Origin: Orbicella franksi
Taxonomy: Eukaryota
DNA length: 64,000 bases
Reading direction: 5' to 3'
Assembly (NCBI GenBank): GCA_964199315.1
Contig: OZ116710.1
Coordinates: 11,284,001 to 11,348,000 of the forward strand
Shown piece by piece: positions 1 to 14,000 of this stretch. The notes under the pieces were generated by a model. It saw only the letters and a list, made by a program, of their open reading frames with translations, was not told the DNA's origin and ran no database searches. Both the position numbers and the translations under genes were made by a program. The number at the start of each line of letters is the position of its first letter. Position 1 is the first letter of the stretch.

Positions 1-276
1 ATATTCCAGCGGAAAATTCCGCCGGAAAATAAGTTACATTTATATTGCGCAGGTTACATGAATATATGATCACCTGCGCATTACAAAACTGAGCTATAAA
101 GCAATTAAAAACTAGAAAGTACAATAATGTAAAATGAGCTAAAACCTACGATAAAACTAGATAAAATAATATAGATAGATGAATAGATATAGATACTGAG
201 GAAGTACCAACTTCTATTTTGGCATGCAACGTGAAGTGAACTGATAATTAATAATCACAACAACGAACGCTTTTGA

Positions 277-1648
277 GAGACCCTGTTAGGGGTAAATTCC
301 GACAAGCGACATGGCCTTGAAACGTCGACATGAGAGCTATGAATTGGCGACGAACGACAGACTACTCCAGCGAAATAGAGAAAGCGACACCAGTGGCAAG
401 ATAGACCGACAACGAATTTCGGAACTGAGAATGCACTGATCGTTTTAAACGTTTGAGTCGAAGTGAAGACGCATTTCCAGGGTTTTAAATGTGTTTTCTT
501 CTCTCACGCGCGATGTCGACGGGTCGTGAAACACAGGCTTCCTCATATATGCTAAAACGTCCATGTCGAATAAATCGAGTCCGTCATTGCCGAGTATTTT
601 TTCTCACTCTCAGCTGAGTGAGCAGGGCTCTAAAACGCCTAAAAACACGCTTAAGGAAAAAGGAAAGATATCTTCGACCGTCTGCTTCATATTTTTACTG
701 GTGGGTCACCAGTAAAAGATTATGAAGCTGTATTATCAGCAAATGGCATTATGGAAGGAAAAGAGAGACAGGGGAAAGCTGCCAAGGTCTTCTCGTCTTC
801 AGCAGAAGATAAGGGTTACGCCAAATTCAAAGGAAGGTTATAGATAGGAGAGATTATCTGATTGAGGCCGTTGAGATTCTGAGTTAAACAATGGTTGTTA
901 AACATAAACTTGGAAAAATAGTCATAGGTTCGATTGTACTTTAGGTCCAAATACTGACTGGAAAATGGCTGAAAATAGCAATTCCAAGCGTCTAAATTTC
1001 AAAATTTCCCGGGGGGGAAACATGCCCCTACATCCCCTAGGAGCTTAGCAACTTCAGCGCTCGAAAGCATGCCCCCAATATGCCCCCCCCCCCCCCCCCA
1101 GCATGCCCTCAGCCCCTTAGGAAATTTTGAAAATTTGAAGTAGCTAAGAAGTATTTTCCTTCGTTCTGAGTCGAAATGTGATGCTTTAAAAGTAGCCATC
1201 AAGCAATCATTAAATCCACTGACCGGAGAAATGCTGGCTCTGCAAAAGAATTCCTAGTGCTGAAAAGTGTTCAAAGCAAGTGCAAGGCATACAAGTAGTA
1301 AATTATATCCAAAGAGAAACTTAATCATATATGTACTTGACTAAAACAGCTAGGAACCTTCAATGCGTGAGAAATAATAGTTTCAGCGTGAGAGCGCAAG
1401 ATTGAATTCGTTTGCGTGAGCCTCATGCTCAATGCATGAGACTAGAGCACTGTGTCGGTTTTTTTTAATAAACAAAGGTATTATGTGTTATACGTGTAGC
1501 TTCGTTTTAATCAAACAAGGTCAAATTTCCCGACACAACTCCTCTGAGACGAAATTCCGACAGGCGACATAGGAATCTTTCGAAATGCCGACATGGCTGG
1601 TGGCGAATTTCAGACAGGGGACATGGGTAACCCCCCTTACAGGGCCTC
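277..1648. mobile_element. Non-autonomous DNA transposon with GAG...CTC termini
   Basis: TIRs GAGACCCTGTTAGGGG (277-292) and CCCCTTACAGGGCCTC (1633-1648), 14/16 identical. TTTTGA lies on both flanks (271-276, 1649-1654). CGACA motifs are clustered inside both ends. No transposase ORF. Confidence 0.7.
994..1136. repeat. Small GC-rich inverted-repeat element nested in the 277-1648 transposon
   Basis: AAATTTCAAAATTTCC (994-1009) versus GGAAATTTTGAAAATTT (1120-1136), enclosing poly-G/poly-C tracts and GCATGCCC motifs. Related sequence at about 27533-27700. Confidence 0.55.
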
Positions 1649-2091
1649 TTTTGAATATTTGCAGCCAAAAGGCAAATAGTATATAGTTTTTCTTTCAAAG
1701 GCAACGCAGGCGCGATCGTGTTACACTGGCGGCTACTCAACGATGAGAGAATTAATCAGAATCGTAGATTTATTGGCAAAGTAACTTGATAAGTGGCTAC
1801 TAAACCAAGTTAGTGTTTAGAAGTCGGCGTAACACTCAGTCATGATGACACTAGAAGTGTCTACTTAAGATTCTCTGGCATCTAACCTTGAACTTTTACC
1901 AGTTGAGCAACGGAAGATTTATTTCGGGCGTGTTTGTCCAAATCCCGACAAGCGCCTCACTTCAGCTTCGTGTTCTGCCTCATTTTTAGAAACTTTGAGT
2001 TTATTTTAATCTCTTCGATCTACCTAGATATAACTTCTAGCATTGCCTTGCAAGGGCAACTAATTTGATATAAATTTTGTTTGACTTTCAG

Positions 2092-5000
2092 TGGTTCCTT
2101 TGCGATTCCTTTCTCTTAACCTGACAACACCAGCACACGTGGCCGAAGTAAATGAGACTATGTTGACTGTGAAGGCAAGCAGGAACAATAACGCCACAAA
2201 ACCTACTTTCCGCTTCAACTGGGGCGATGGTGAGGTAATTCAGGAGACTTTCTCAGACACAGTTCAACACATGTATCGCCTCATCGGAACCTACACGTTG
2301 CATGTCCAAGCTTGGAGCCTGTGCAACACGAGTTCGCTATATGACAATGCCACCGTTTCAGTCCCTACACCGGTTCAGATCTTGAAAAATGTATCTCTGC
2401 AAAGCGAGTCAACAGTTTTCGGAGAGATCACTCAGTTCTATTTGTTTGTTGGTCAAGGATCACTTTTCAAATGCTTTTGGTTGCTAGGTGACCATGTAAA
2501 TATTACTACGTCAGGCAACGATTCGCAAACGATCGTTTTGAACCACACTTACTCAGCCCCTGCAAATTACACAGCCCATGTCACCTGCGCAAACAGACGA
2601 AGTCAAGTAACCGTCAATACAACCGTTCCTGTTCAAAATATGATCACTGGCCTCAGGATTTACCCAATACCTCCCATATTGTTCGGAACAGAATTCAAGA
2701 TAAGATGGGGAATACAAAATGGTACAGGTGTTACGTACCAAGCACATTTCTCTGACGTCCCTTTGCAAGTTGAAACACAGCTACACAAAGGGTCATATGG
2801 AGAGGCTTGGTTAACACAGCTGCAATACAAAACTCCCGGAGAATTCTTCGTGCGCGTCGCCGCTTCAAACGCAGTTACCAAATGGATCTCTGCAATGGCG
2901 AAATGCAATATTCTTCGGACCGTTTCTCCTTTTAAGCCAGATGTTCGACATCAAGCCAGGGATATAGAAATTAATGAAACAATAATGATCTGGTTCACCG
3001 ATGCCAACTCCGGTTTAGAAACTAATGCTTCCTATCTCGTGATGTACGGAGATAACAGTGAAGTGGTAGCTACCCGTGAAACGTTTGTTAATTACTCATA
3101 TGGTCTGCACGGTCTTTACACAGTTAATATCACAGCTATCAACGACGTATCCAGCTTTAATACTAGCATTAATGTCAAGGTCCACAAGCCAGTCTTGAAA
3201 CTAAAAGGGGCTAGGATTTCTCCCCTCGTGACAAAGCTGCATGAAAATGCTACCATCACAATAGTTTTTCTCAGGGGATCAGATTTTGTTTGTCACTGGG
3301 AGTTTGGAGATGGACAAGAGTTGAGACAAAGCGTGGATGAGGAGCTGATATATTTCAAAGATTTAGATGTTAGCGTCGAAACCTTCTCCAATGTAAGCAT
3401 ATCTGCAAGACACGTTTTCAAGCGAGTGGGTGTGTATCAAGTCACTGGGATGTGTCAAAATCGCTTGAGCAATGTGACAGCTGTGAGTCTTGTCACGGTG
3501 CAAGAAGAAATCAAACTCTTCCAAGTTCCACCTGTTGGTCCAGTTGTTTTTGGGAAAACGTTTTCTGTCCATTGGAGTATAGCAAGTGGTACAAATGTAA
3601 CTTTTAAAGCGTATTTTAATCAGCACGACCTCAGTATTGAAAATCAAGATTTGCACGTAAACTATTTGTCCTGGATAACGCCAGCCATCTACAAGCAACC
3701 TGGTATATACAACATCACTATAACCGCCGAAAATCTTGTCACTTCCTTATTGCGTCACTCACAGCTGGTCTCCATAGAGATCCCAGTATCTGACGTTCAT
3801 GTCAATATGAGCTATTTCGAGGGAGGTATTTTGCATGCAGGTCATGGCATGAATATGAATATCTTTCCAGAAGGAGTTCCTGTTGTTCTTGAAGCCACCA
3901 CTTACAATGGTTCTAGCTTAAAGTACACCTGGTCGATAAGCGGCACTGTGGAACAGTTTGGACATAAAAGGATCGAGCACACATTTAATACGCCCGGAAT
4001 ATACACAGCGACAATTCGAGTTGGAAATCAGTTGAGTCAAGCGGTTTCTACTGTGGTTATTGCTGTTCAAAAACCTGCATCTTTCCTGAACGGCGATCTT
4101 GAATGTTCCTCGCCGAAGGTTAGGAATGAAACTGTTACCATTCGAGCAACTATCGAAATTTTTGGAACAAACTCGAGCCTTCTTATTGAAGTGGACAACA
4201 GCACCAGTTATTGGTACGGACCACATAAAAATAGCCTTATATCAAGAAGGCATGGCATGGTTACGAACTATAGAGGAGAGTTGAAGAGAACTTCAATTTT
4301 ACATCACGTCTATCAAAATGAAGGAGTTTATAACATTACAGTGAGCGTGGGAAATGACGTCTCCATATCATCTGTTAATTGTGTGGTTGAGATTCTTTCA
4401 AGACCTTGTAAGAAACCTGAAATTATATTAAAGGGCGTTGGCGCCTCTCCTGCTGCTGCGAGATCCTTTTTCACGGTTGACGTCGTCGAGATTGAGGCTA
4501 ACATTGAAATATTCTGTCCTGAATCGAGAGAATCCGCATATGAATGGAACATCTTTCAATACAATCCAGAAACTGGACTCTTTTCGCAGTTTGGCGATGT
4601 TGTTTCTTACGGCGAAGCTTCTATGCAAGAATTGCGTCTAACAAGGAGAGCACTGCCATTAGGAGTGTTTAGATTGAATTTGTCCGTCACACTGGTTGGA
4701 GAGGACTTGCAGGATTTCTTTGCTTTTGCTGAGGGATATATCCAAATAGTCCAGTCCGACTTGGTTGCCAAAATAAGTGGCGGAAGTGAGATAAAAAGAC
4801 GTTTTGGTTCCGTATTATCTGTAGATGGCCTGGATTCGTATGACCCAGACGTTGGCCCCGGAAATTACTCAGGTATTTGTGATTCTTGACATTATCACAA
4901 AAGCTTCGTTTCAATTTATTTTCCTGTTGAAGCTAACTTGCATTGTTAGTTGGTCGTTTCCACTATTCGTTTTACACTGAACTAAGCCAAAAACGAGAAA

Positions 5001-8000
5001 CAGAGTCGATATCAAAATACAACAATCACCAATTCAGCACATGCATATAACAGCTGGTTCAGCATGCTTTGTCTTTCTCAACAGGGATGAGTTTTGCCTG
5101 GCTTTGTAGAAATACCTTTGAAAGCTTTCCAGAACCGGCGGAAGGTTTCATCAATGGCACTGTAGATGTCTTATCTGAATTTTCCTCTGGATTCTCTACC
5201 AGTTCTGGTAAAGGCTGCTATCGAGATGGGCAGTTCCTTCTTTCCAGCGCAACCAAGTTTGAACTGACAACAAGTCGCATGGCACCAGACGAAACATACG
5301 AGATTGTGCTAATGGTACGGAAGGATAACAGAACCAGCTTCACAACTCAGTTACTCGAGTTAGACACTGAAGACATTCTAAACCTCACCATACGGTAAGA
5401 ATACTGAGGTCTACTACAAGCTACAACGTATTCGGGTGTTTAAATTGCCAAGTATGAGTCATTCTAGACAATTATTTATTTTATCTATCTGCCTTTCGTG
5501 TCCCTTAAGTGTCATTTAGCCTCCGCAATTACCCAAACGTGGCCGCCAGTAAATACAAGCTACAAAAGTAAAGTTACATGGAGTGTAGTCAATAAATGAC
5601 AGCGTAATCCCCAAGATTACCAGTGATTGCTGGGGTTTTCGAAACTGTCATAACTTTGGGCGAGTTGAAATTCACCTCTGGGTTTTATAGATCCAGAGCA
5701 AGTTCCTGCTACGATGATTGTTACAACACTACACTCTAAACAAAAACTTAGGGTTAGGGTTAGCTAACTCTAATCCTTAGCGTAATGTCATTTCCTTACT
5801 GATAGTTAGCACAATCGCTCCCCTGACAATTTAAACTGAGTTTCTTTGAAAACTTCAAAAATCATTTGCCCGGAATTGTTCGTCTTCGTCTGTGTCTTTA
5901 ATGCTCATGTTAATTTTCATCTCCCAAGCCGTTATCTGTCTCTACGACCATATCAGTTGCTTAAAGTGAAGAGCCTATAATGAAGAAAAATCTATAAAAC
6001 TGCAAAATCTCATCTGATATCGATGATATCGCTTTTCTCTTTTTGAAGGTGTGTTGTGAACTGTGAACACAAAGTCAATCCTTCGGATAAGCTATCCATA
6101 TCATCGGAGTGTCCTGACAGGGCCTGTGCAAACACGATACTTTATTCTTGGTCCCTGTTCTTCCTGCAAACCCAAAGAGGCAAAAACCCAACTTGGCAAC
6201 TCGATAATGCGACAATGGACACTCCAGACATCTCTTCATTTGTTAGCTTTCCGAACATTGTCATAAAGAAAGATATTTTGCACGGAAACAAAGTCTATAA
6301 ACTTGTTGTCGTGGGATTTCTGCCGAATGGTATCTATGGACGAACTTCTTACACATTCCAAGTGAATGCCCCTCCTACAGGTGGGGCATGCTATGCCAAA
6401 CCACGTGTAGGCCACGTGCTGACCACTCGTTACAAGGTCTGGTGTACCGGGTGGCACGATCCTGATGCTCCTCTTAAGTACGAGATTATTCACGTTCAAG
6501 GGACACTAGAATCACCGCTGTATTACGGAGGAGACGCTGATGCTACGATTTCACTTCCTCTGGGCGAAGGGCAGAATTACACAATCAATATTACAGTTCG
6601 TGTCTCTGACAGATTAGGTGCAGCAGCGCTTGTTAAACTTCAAGTGCAGGTAAGTATCGAGGTCCAGCACTCATCTTTGTGTTGAACAAGATGGTTCTGA
6701 ATTTTTCGTCTGTGCATCGGCGTGGCCATCCAATTAAATAACGTTGCTGAGCCCCACTTTCATTTGGTTATTTCTCCCTTTGTTTCAGTCCCTTCCTCCA
6801 ATCCTTAAAGGCGTTGAACTGATGAATCACTTGTTTAGTATGACAACTGGAGACAACAGTCCCTTGAAGACGTTACAGAAATCAGGAAAGAATCAGGATG
6901 TAGCACGCATGGCTGGAAGCATCTGTTCTGTTTTGAACCAGCAAGCAAAATTAACAAATGGACAGAAGGTTTGATCAAAATATTGCAATAGATATGCAGT
7001 CAAGGGGAGACGCCGTAATGTGATCATTAGTGCACTGGACTCCAGAACCAAAGGTCTGGGTTCAAGCACTGGCTGAGGTCATTGCGCTGCATTTTTGGGC
7101 AAGACACTTTACTCTCTGTCTCTCTCCTTCCAAATGCAGTGTATAAATGGAAGTCAGTGAAGTCAGTGGTAACCCTGTAATGCGCTAGCATTCCATCCAG
7201 GAGGGAGTAGAAACCCTCACAGTCGCTGAATGTTGCAAAAACCAAATATATCCTCCGGCGACTTGAGACACTTTGCCCAACGCAGCCTTGAGAATGTCGA
7301 TATATGGAACATGCCTGAAACCTCATGTAAGCTGAATTACACTGCCCCAACTGGCTTGAATAGCTATATTAATTTTATTAGTCTAAAATGTAGAAAGTCT
7401 GGCTTTGGTCTTCTAAAAGCTTGGTTGTGGATCAATACACATTGTTCTTCCTTTAATTTTGTTTCTACCAATACACAGGTGCGGGATTCTCTGACAATGG
7501 CGTTAAGTAATCAAAGGACCATTTCAGTAAAGGCCGTACAACTTGTGTCAGGGTCGCTCTATCAAGTAACTCAGGTTGCGAATGAAGTATCTCTGGAAGC
7601 GCAGGTAAATAACAATCTAAATTCCATATAATTGCGAGAATACGTAAGTTGCGTCCATGCAAATCTATAAAGGAGTATACGCCACGTGATTCCTTCCTCT
7701 AAGCGGGAATCTCTCAGAAGGAATCAGAGCGATGAAAAGTTAAGGTATACATCACTCCACTAAGTGACCACCATCAGGATCAGATCTTGCAATAAGAGTT
7801 TTGAGTTTCCTTAAGTAAACTTCTACCACATGAGCAACCTTTATCGTTTTCCAGGAAGCAGGTACCTTGGCCCTGTCCAGCATGGCTGCTGTACTTGACC
7901 GTGAATCGCAGGAGACTGACTCCGATTCAGCGGATGCAGCTGCTGCTAATGTTTGCGGAACAATTGGAAATTTACTTGGCCCCGCTTCTGACAATGCAGC

Positions 8001-11000
8001 TATCAATCAGCCTAACAGCACGAACATGACATCATCACAGATTATTGAACAAGAAACTAAGCGACAGAGAGTGAGTGAGCGAGTGTTTCTCGAAAATGAA
8101 TTCACATTTATAAACGTTATATCATCAAGATATAATTTTATTTATTAAGCTCAGTGGAAATTGATAGAAATCAGTCTAAGGTGGGATACAACAGAACAGT
8201 CCTTAACAGTTCATCTTGTGTGATCGTCCGGGTGAGGGTAGGTCTGAAAAGAACTGTTGGTGGTGACTGACGTTTCCACAACCTGAGCGGAAGTCATTTT
8301 CATAGCCAAGTGAATAGTGTTAGTCAGTCGATGGTGTTATAAGTCTGGTCCCTTGAAAGTGATTGAAAGATCTTAATTTCGGTATGAAGTAAACTTGTTA
8401 ACATACCTTATAAATCTATGGTTCATTTATGTTTCAGGGTAAGCTGTTGGTGAAAAAGTTATTCAGTGTCTTAAATTTCCTGGCAGCATCGGTGCTTAGG
8501 AGAAAGATTCCATTTGAAGATTCCACGGAGATCTCCACTCCACATCTTGCCATGAGCCTAAAGAGTGCCACGCCCTTTAATGCTGGAGGGAAAGCGAACG
8601 TGGGATACGCAAATTTTGATTTGCCAAGTGGAAACAATATGTTCCGTCAAGCAAAACCAGGATTGACATCAGTCAATCAAAAGGTACACTTTGGGTGTGA
8701 GCTTAGTAAGTGAAGATTATTACTCAATGACGATAACCAAAGATGGCACGGATAAAAATCAGTTATAACATGGACAAAAATGAAATTCTTTGAAATAATT
8801 ACTCTATTTTACTCGTGTATTGGTGTACAGAAATGAGCAGAATTGTCCGTCTGTACACAATGCAAGGTGAGTTAATAATTACTGTCGCTAGCGAGTAGCT
8901 ATTGTTATCCAGACCCTCTGTTGTAAGCGCACCCTCAGACGAATGTAAACCAACCACCCACAAATATCCAACAGAGCAGTGGGGCAATAAATTCACGTTA
9001 TTGCTGCAGAAAGTCCAACGTTTGCATCTTCCCTATTCACAGGTGTTTTCGATGCCGAGAAATTACTACAATTACGACGAAACCTCTAAAGGCGTCAACA
9101 GCCCTGTTGTGAGTTTATCGTACGAAGACAAGGAAAAAGAAGAAGCAATTCCAGTTTCGAACCTCGAGACCTACATTGAATATTCCTTACCGGGGCCAGA
9201 TGTCCTGCCAGAATCGCATAAATACAGTCTAAACGTCACTGAAAACACTTGGGCGTATCACAAGCTTGTCATTTCCTCCAAAGATGAAGCGGTTAACATC
9301 GAGGTTACACCATTCAAGTGCAGTCACAAACTCCACCTCTACGTGCGAGAGAACAGACATCCCACTAAAGATAAATTTACCTGGAAAAAGATTATCTCGG
9401 AGCCCTCTAGCGGAGATCGACCGAGCTTAAACTACACAACGTGCTTTGAAAAACACTCCGCTTACACTCTTTTCATATCAAATACAAAATTGCGAGAATC
9501 CACTTACTTTATTGGAATATGGTACGCAAATGGGAAACAGGACACAAGAAATTCCAACGAGACCGACGTGATGAGGTACTCAATTAGAGTGTTGAAATCA
9601 AAATGCCTGTACTGGAATGAAAGAAAGGAGTCATGGATGGGGGACGGCTGTATCGTGAGTTTCTTTCATAGCTTTTCGCTTCTTTCACTTTCCACTCAGT
9701 TCATCGCCAGTGCATTAGGCGAACACAGATTTACTAAACCAACTCTGACGAACATGCGAAGGACGATGTTTTTGCTACATTGCTATTCAGGTTTCCGTTG
9801 AAAATCTTTTTATGATCTCTTTGAAGACCTTTTGTCCTGGAATTTTCACAACACCAGACCAGAGCAAGCATACGAAAGATCTCGTACGGATAGTTAGCAT
9901 AGGGTTTTTTTTTTAGCGTCAGTATAAGTAAGAGATTATGATCATAATCTCTTGCTATAAGGCATTTTAGCTGGTTCTAACGTGGAATATAGATTCACAC
10001 CAACAGCCAGTGCGAGCTCACGAAACAATTCATGCAGTCATTTAGTACAAGTGTGTTCTTTTTGGCCTCGTTATAAGTCATTTTAGCTAGTTGACAAACT
10101 GCTCTATTGGCGGATCTCTAACGATTATGTTGTTATACCCACTTCATGATGTCTCTTTTTTGTTGTTCTTTCTAAAACCACTAAACTTCATTCGTAGGTT
10201 GGACCATTAACCAGTCCAAAGCGAATCCACTGCATGACAAATCATCTTACATCCTTTGGATCAGGAATATTTGTGGCGCCAAATCCAATCGACTTCAGCA
10301 AAGCGTTGCTAGGCTTTGCGACAGCTTTTCAAAGTGGCAACGTGGTGGTGATGTTCACCATCTTAACTCTATTAATATTATACACATTACTGGCCGTATG
10401 GGCTTGGAGAACCGACAAGAGAGACGCCATGCAGGTTAGAAAGTAGACGGTTACTGCTAGGTTTACCTCCGTATTTTAATGATTTGATGTAGTGCCCTCC
10501 TTTCAGTAAGCATCCCTTGCCAAAGAAACTGGTTTCTGTTGGAGTTACCCAGTTCTTCGGTGGATCCTGTTAAAATTAAACGCTTGTTGAGTAAACATTT
10601 TCAGGAAGGATGTAAGGCATCTTGCGCTGTCCAAGTTAGCAAAATTTGCGTCGAAGGATTAGATTTTTCCAGACCCTCCAGCGAATTCCAAAACCAAAAG
10701 TGATCTAAAGTACTTTGAGAGGGAATAGGGAATTTGGCCTGTATGGGGGATTAATTATCCCTCCCTTCATCCGATCTTGATTCAGGCAAGTGAAAAACTG
10801 TGTGAAGGTAAAGAAAAACTTAACAAGAGAAAGTCTCGATCAAGTTCTTCGTGGCGACGGGGATTTATTGCTAATTTTTACTGTTCTCTTGTTGCTTACC
10901 TTCTAGATCGGCTCTACCATCCTTCCAGCCAACCGACCTAACAGCAATTACTTGTACGAGATCTACTTTGTGACAGGAAGTCGGAACGGGTCCGGAACAA

Positions 11001-14000
11001 CTGCGCATGTCGGCTGTGAGATCTTTGGTGAGAGTGAGAATAGTGGCCCATGCTACTTGCTTGACTCCACTCGACCGCTGTTCAGAAGAGGGGATTTGAA
11101 CGTTTTCATAATTTCTTTGCCAAAAAGCCTTGGAGTCATTCGTGGAGTAAGGATTTGGCATGATAACAGCGGCAAAAGTCCATCCTGGTTTTTGAACAGA
11201 ACCATGCTAAGAGATTCTCAGACCGGAGAAAAATGGATTTTCCTTGCTGGTAGGAATGAACGCAGACCATTTTCCTGTTGCTGTTTTGTGTATTGCTTTG
11301 AGTATATTCCGGTAAAATGTCCCGAATTATTCCTATTCCCAGACTCGCTCCTAAGAATGCTATTTACCATTACACAAGAGTCCTTTTGTATGGAATGTAG
11401 ACGAAACACGAAGGAGTGTCATTTTGACTGGTTTTTACTCTACATTTTTAGCGTAATAAATGTGTTGAAATCTCCGCCTTGTACGATACTGAATTATTTA
11501 TTTACCTTTCCTGCAGGCCGTTGGCTCGATGTAGCAGAGGAAGATGGCAAAGTGGATATATTTTTTCGTCCTGCAACTGAAAGTGACATGATTTCCTTCA
11601 AGAAATTGTTTAACACAAAAATTCGTAAGGAGATTTGCGACAATCATCTGTGGTTCTCCGTGGCGTACCGTCCTGCTAGAAGTCCATTTACACGGCTCCA
11701 AAGACTTTCCTGCTGTCTCTCTCTGCTGTTCTCATTCATGGTCGCAACGGCTATGTTTTACGGTTCAGGCCCTCAACCAGGAGATACGTCTGGGTCTGTC
11801 CAGATGGGTCCCATCAAGATTAACATGCGCATGCTTATAATTGGGATAGAGAGTGCATTGGTGGTAGTTCCTGTTAACGTCTTGATAGTTGCCTTGTTCA
11901 GAAACTCCAAAGCAAAAGAAAGGAGGGCTGGGAAGAAACAAGGCTGTAATGGCCATGCAACGTTTCAAACGTCAGAACAAAATGAAGAGATTGACTCTAT
12001 CAATAGTGGTACAGAAGGTTTAGAACAAAGCAAGGATTGGGAGACAAATCTTAATGATATCCATTGTAACATCAATGGTGAAGAAGACGTTGAAAATGGC
12101 CAAGAGGAAAACAGTACAAACCTTAAAGGAAGGGAACCAACTGTTAAAAGCGAGAGCCCAGAGGATGAAGCTTTAATGGAAACACAAAACCCAAGCTTTT
12201 TAGCAAGAATTGGCGCTAAGTTTCGACGATCAGAAGGCCCATGCTTTCCATACTGGTGCGTGTACGTAGGCTGGGTATTGTGCATCCTGACTACATTATT
12301 GTCTGCGGTGTTTACGCTATTTTACAGCATGATGTGGGGCAGAGAGCAGTCGAACATATGGCTCACGACAATGGCCATCTCGTTTGTCCATGACACTCTC
12401 ATCAGTCAGCCATTTAAAGTTCTCATTGTGTCTTTAATCTTTGCAATATACAGCAAGTCGTCTGATGAAGACAATCTTGAAGAATTGTCAGCTGCAACAG
12501 GTTTGCACACTTTTTTAAACTGTTTTTTTGGGAGTTTGTTGTACTGGAAAATATCACGAGGACTGTGAAGAGTACCAATGAGTGCTGATGAATAACGTAC
12601 AAAAATTTTGAAGAGAGATACAATTTCGGCTGTTTCTCACATAACCTGGGAATGCCTGCGATTCCATGGCCCGGAGATTGCCAAGCTATATTTCAGATGG
12701 TGATCCCAAAACTGTTTACTGCGAGTATGTTGCAGGGACGCTAGACACACTAACAGTAACGACCTTGACCAATTGGTGTTTTCTGGGCGGTGTCTCATGC
12801 GGGGGGCGGTGGCGACATCGCAAACATTCGAGAGCCATATGAAGCCTGGTCTTAGGCGGTGCTTTTAAAAAGTATGAGATATCAAATTAATTACAGTTTT
12901 TCTCAAGACTTTTGAATCAAAAGCAAACCGAATAAAAGCTTTATCGTCATGAAAAATGTGAAGAGCACTGTATCCGAGGACATGGCGTTCACATGCATGA
13001 CCCTTTAAAATCTGGACATTTTTTTATAGAAGAGGTCTATTTACTTTATAGTTTAAGTTTGTTTACTCTTTGGTAAAATGCATGTTCACTGCACCAGTAG
13101 CAGCAGCATCGCAAGACGAAAACCCATAAATGTGTTTGTTTTGTACTTGTGCTTGTCTTGTATACGTATTGACTATGGTTTACGAACATTTGTTGTCTAG
13201 ACGACGCCAACGAGGTGGAACAAGATTTGACGAATGACGAACTCTCCCAGTACGATCCCCCCAGTAAGAAAATCTTGAAAATCTTGCGGATTCGAGAGAT
13301 TAGGAGACGTCAGACCATCAAACTCTTCACAGATCTGTCCGTGTACGTGATTCTGTTGGCAATGGTGTTGATTTTAAGTTTCCAGTACAGGAACCCAGCT
13401 TCGTACAAGATGATAAACACTTTGCGGCGCGTGTTTGTAGATCCAATCCAGAACAGTACTCGTGTTCGCTTTGACCAGGTACGCGTTCTACACTTATAGG
13501 ACAAAAAACCGAAAGTATTAACCAAGATGTTAATGCATCCGATTCCATGTAACCAGCCTGGTTGTTGTTTTTTATATTGTGTTTGTGGACAGGACAATTT
13601 ACTTACCTAGTACCTTTACTTAATTATAGCACAAACTTTCTCTTACCTCGGGTTCCCAAACTCGTCTACAATCTCCAACCACGTAGACATAGCTAAAAGT
13701 GTATCAAGCTGCCGCTTCCAATTCAGTACCTTGCAACTGTGTCATACGCGAGCCGTCATTCCGATCTCAGCGGGATTGGAATCTCCGACCTCTAGATCAG
13801 AGTAGGGTAATCTTCCACAGTTCCAGCTTCCAAAATCTAGTGTTTCGTGGTACAACCTCATACTCTTTTACGATGGGTCTATTTATCAACAGGTGAACAC
13901 CGTCAGTTCCATTTGGGACTGGACGAGACGAACCTTGCTACCAGGCCTGCACCCTGGGCCACTGTACGATGGTCTCCAAAGTGAACCGTACATTGCCGAC

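Noticed and set aside
623-1452. Nested hAT-like element (CAGGGCTCT...AGAGCACTG)
   Set aside because: The termini look plausible but no TSD of any length was found, so it is not supported as a discrete insertion.
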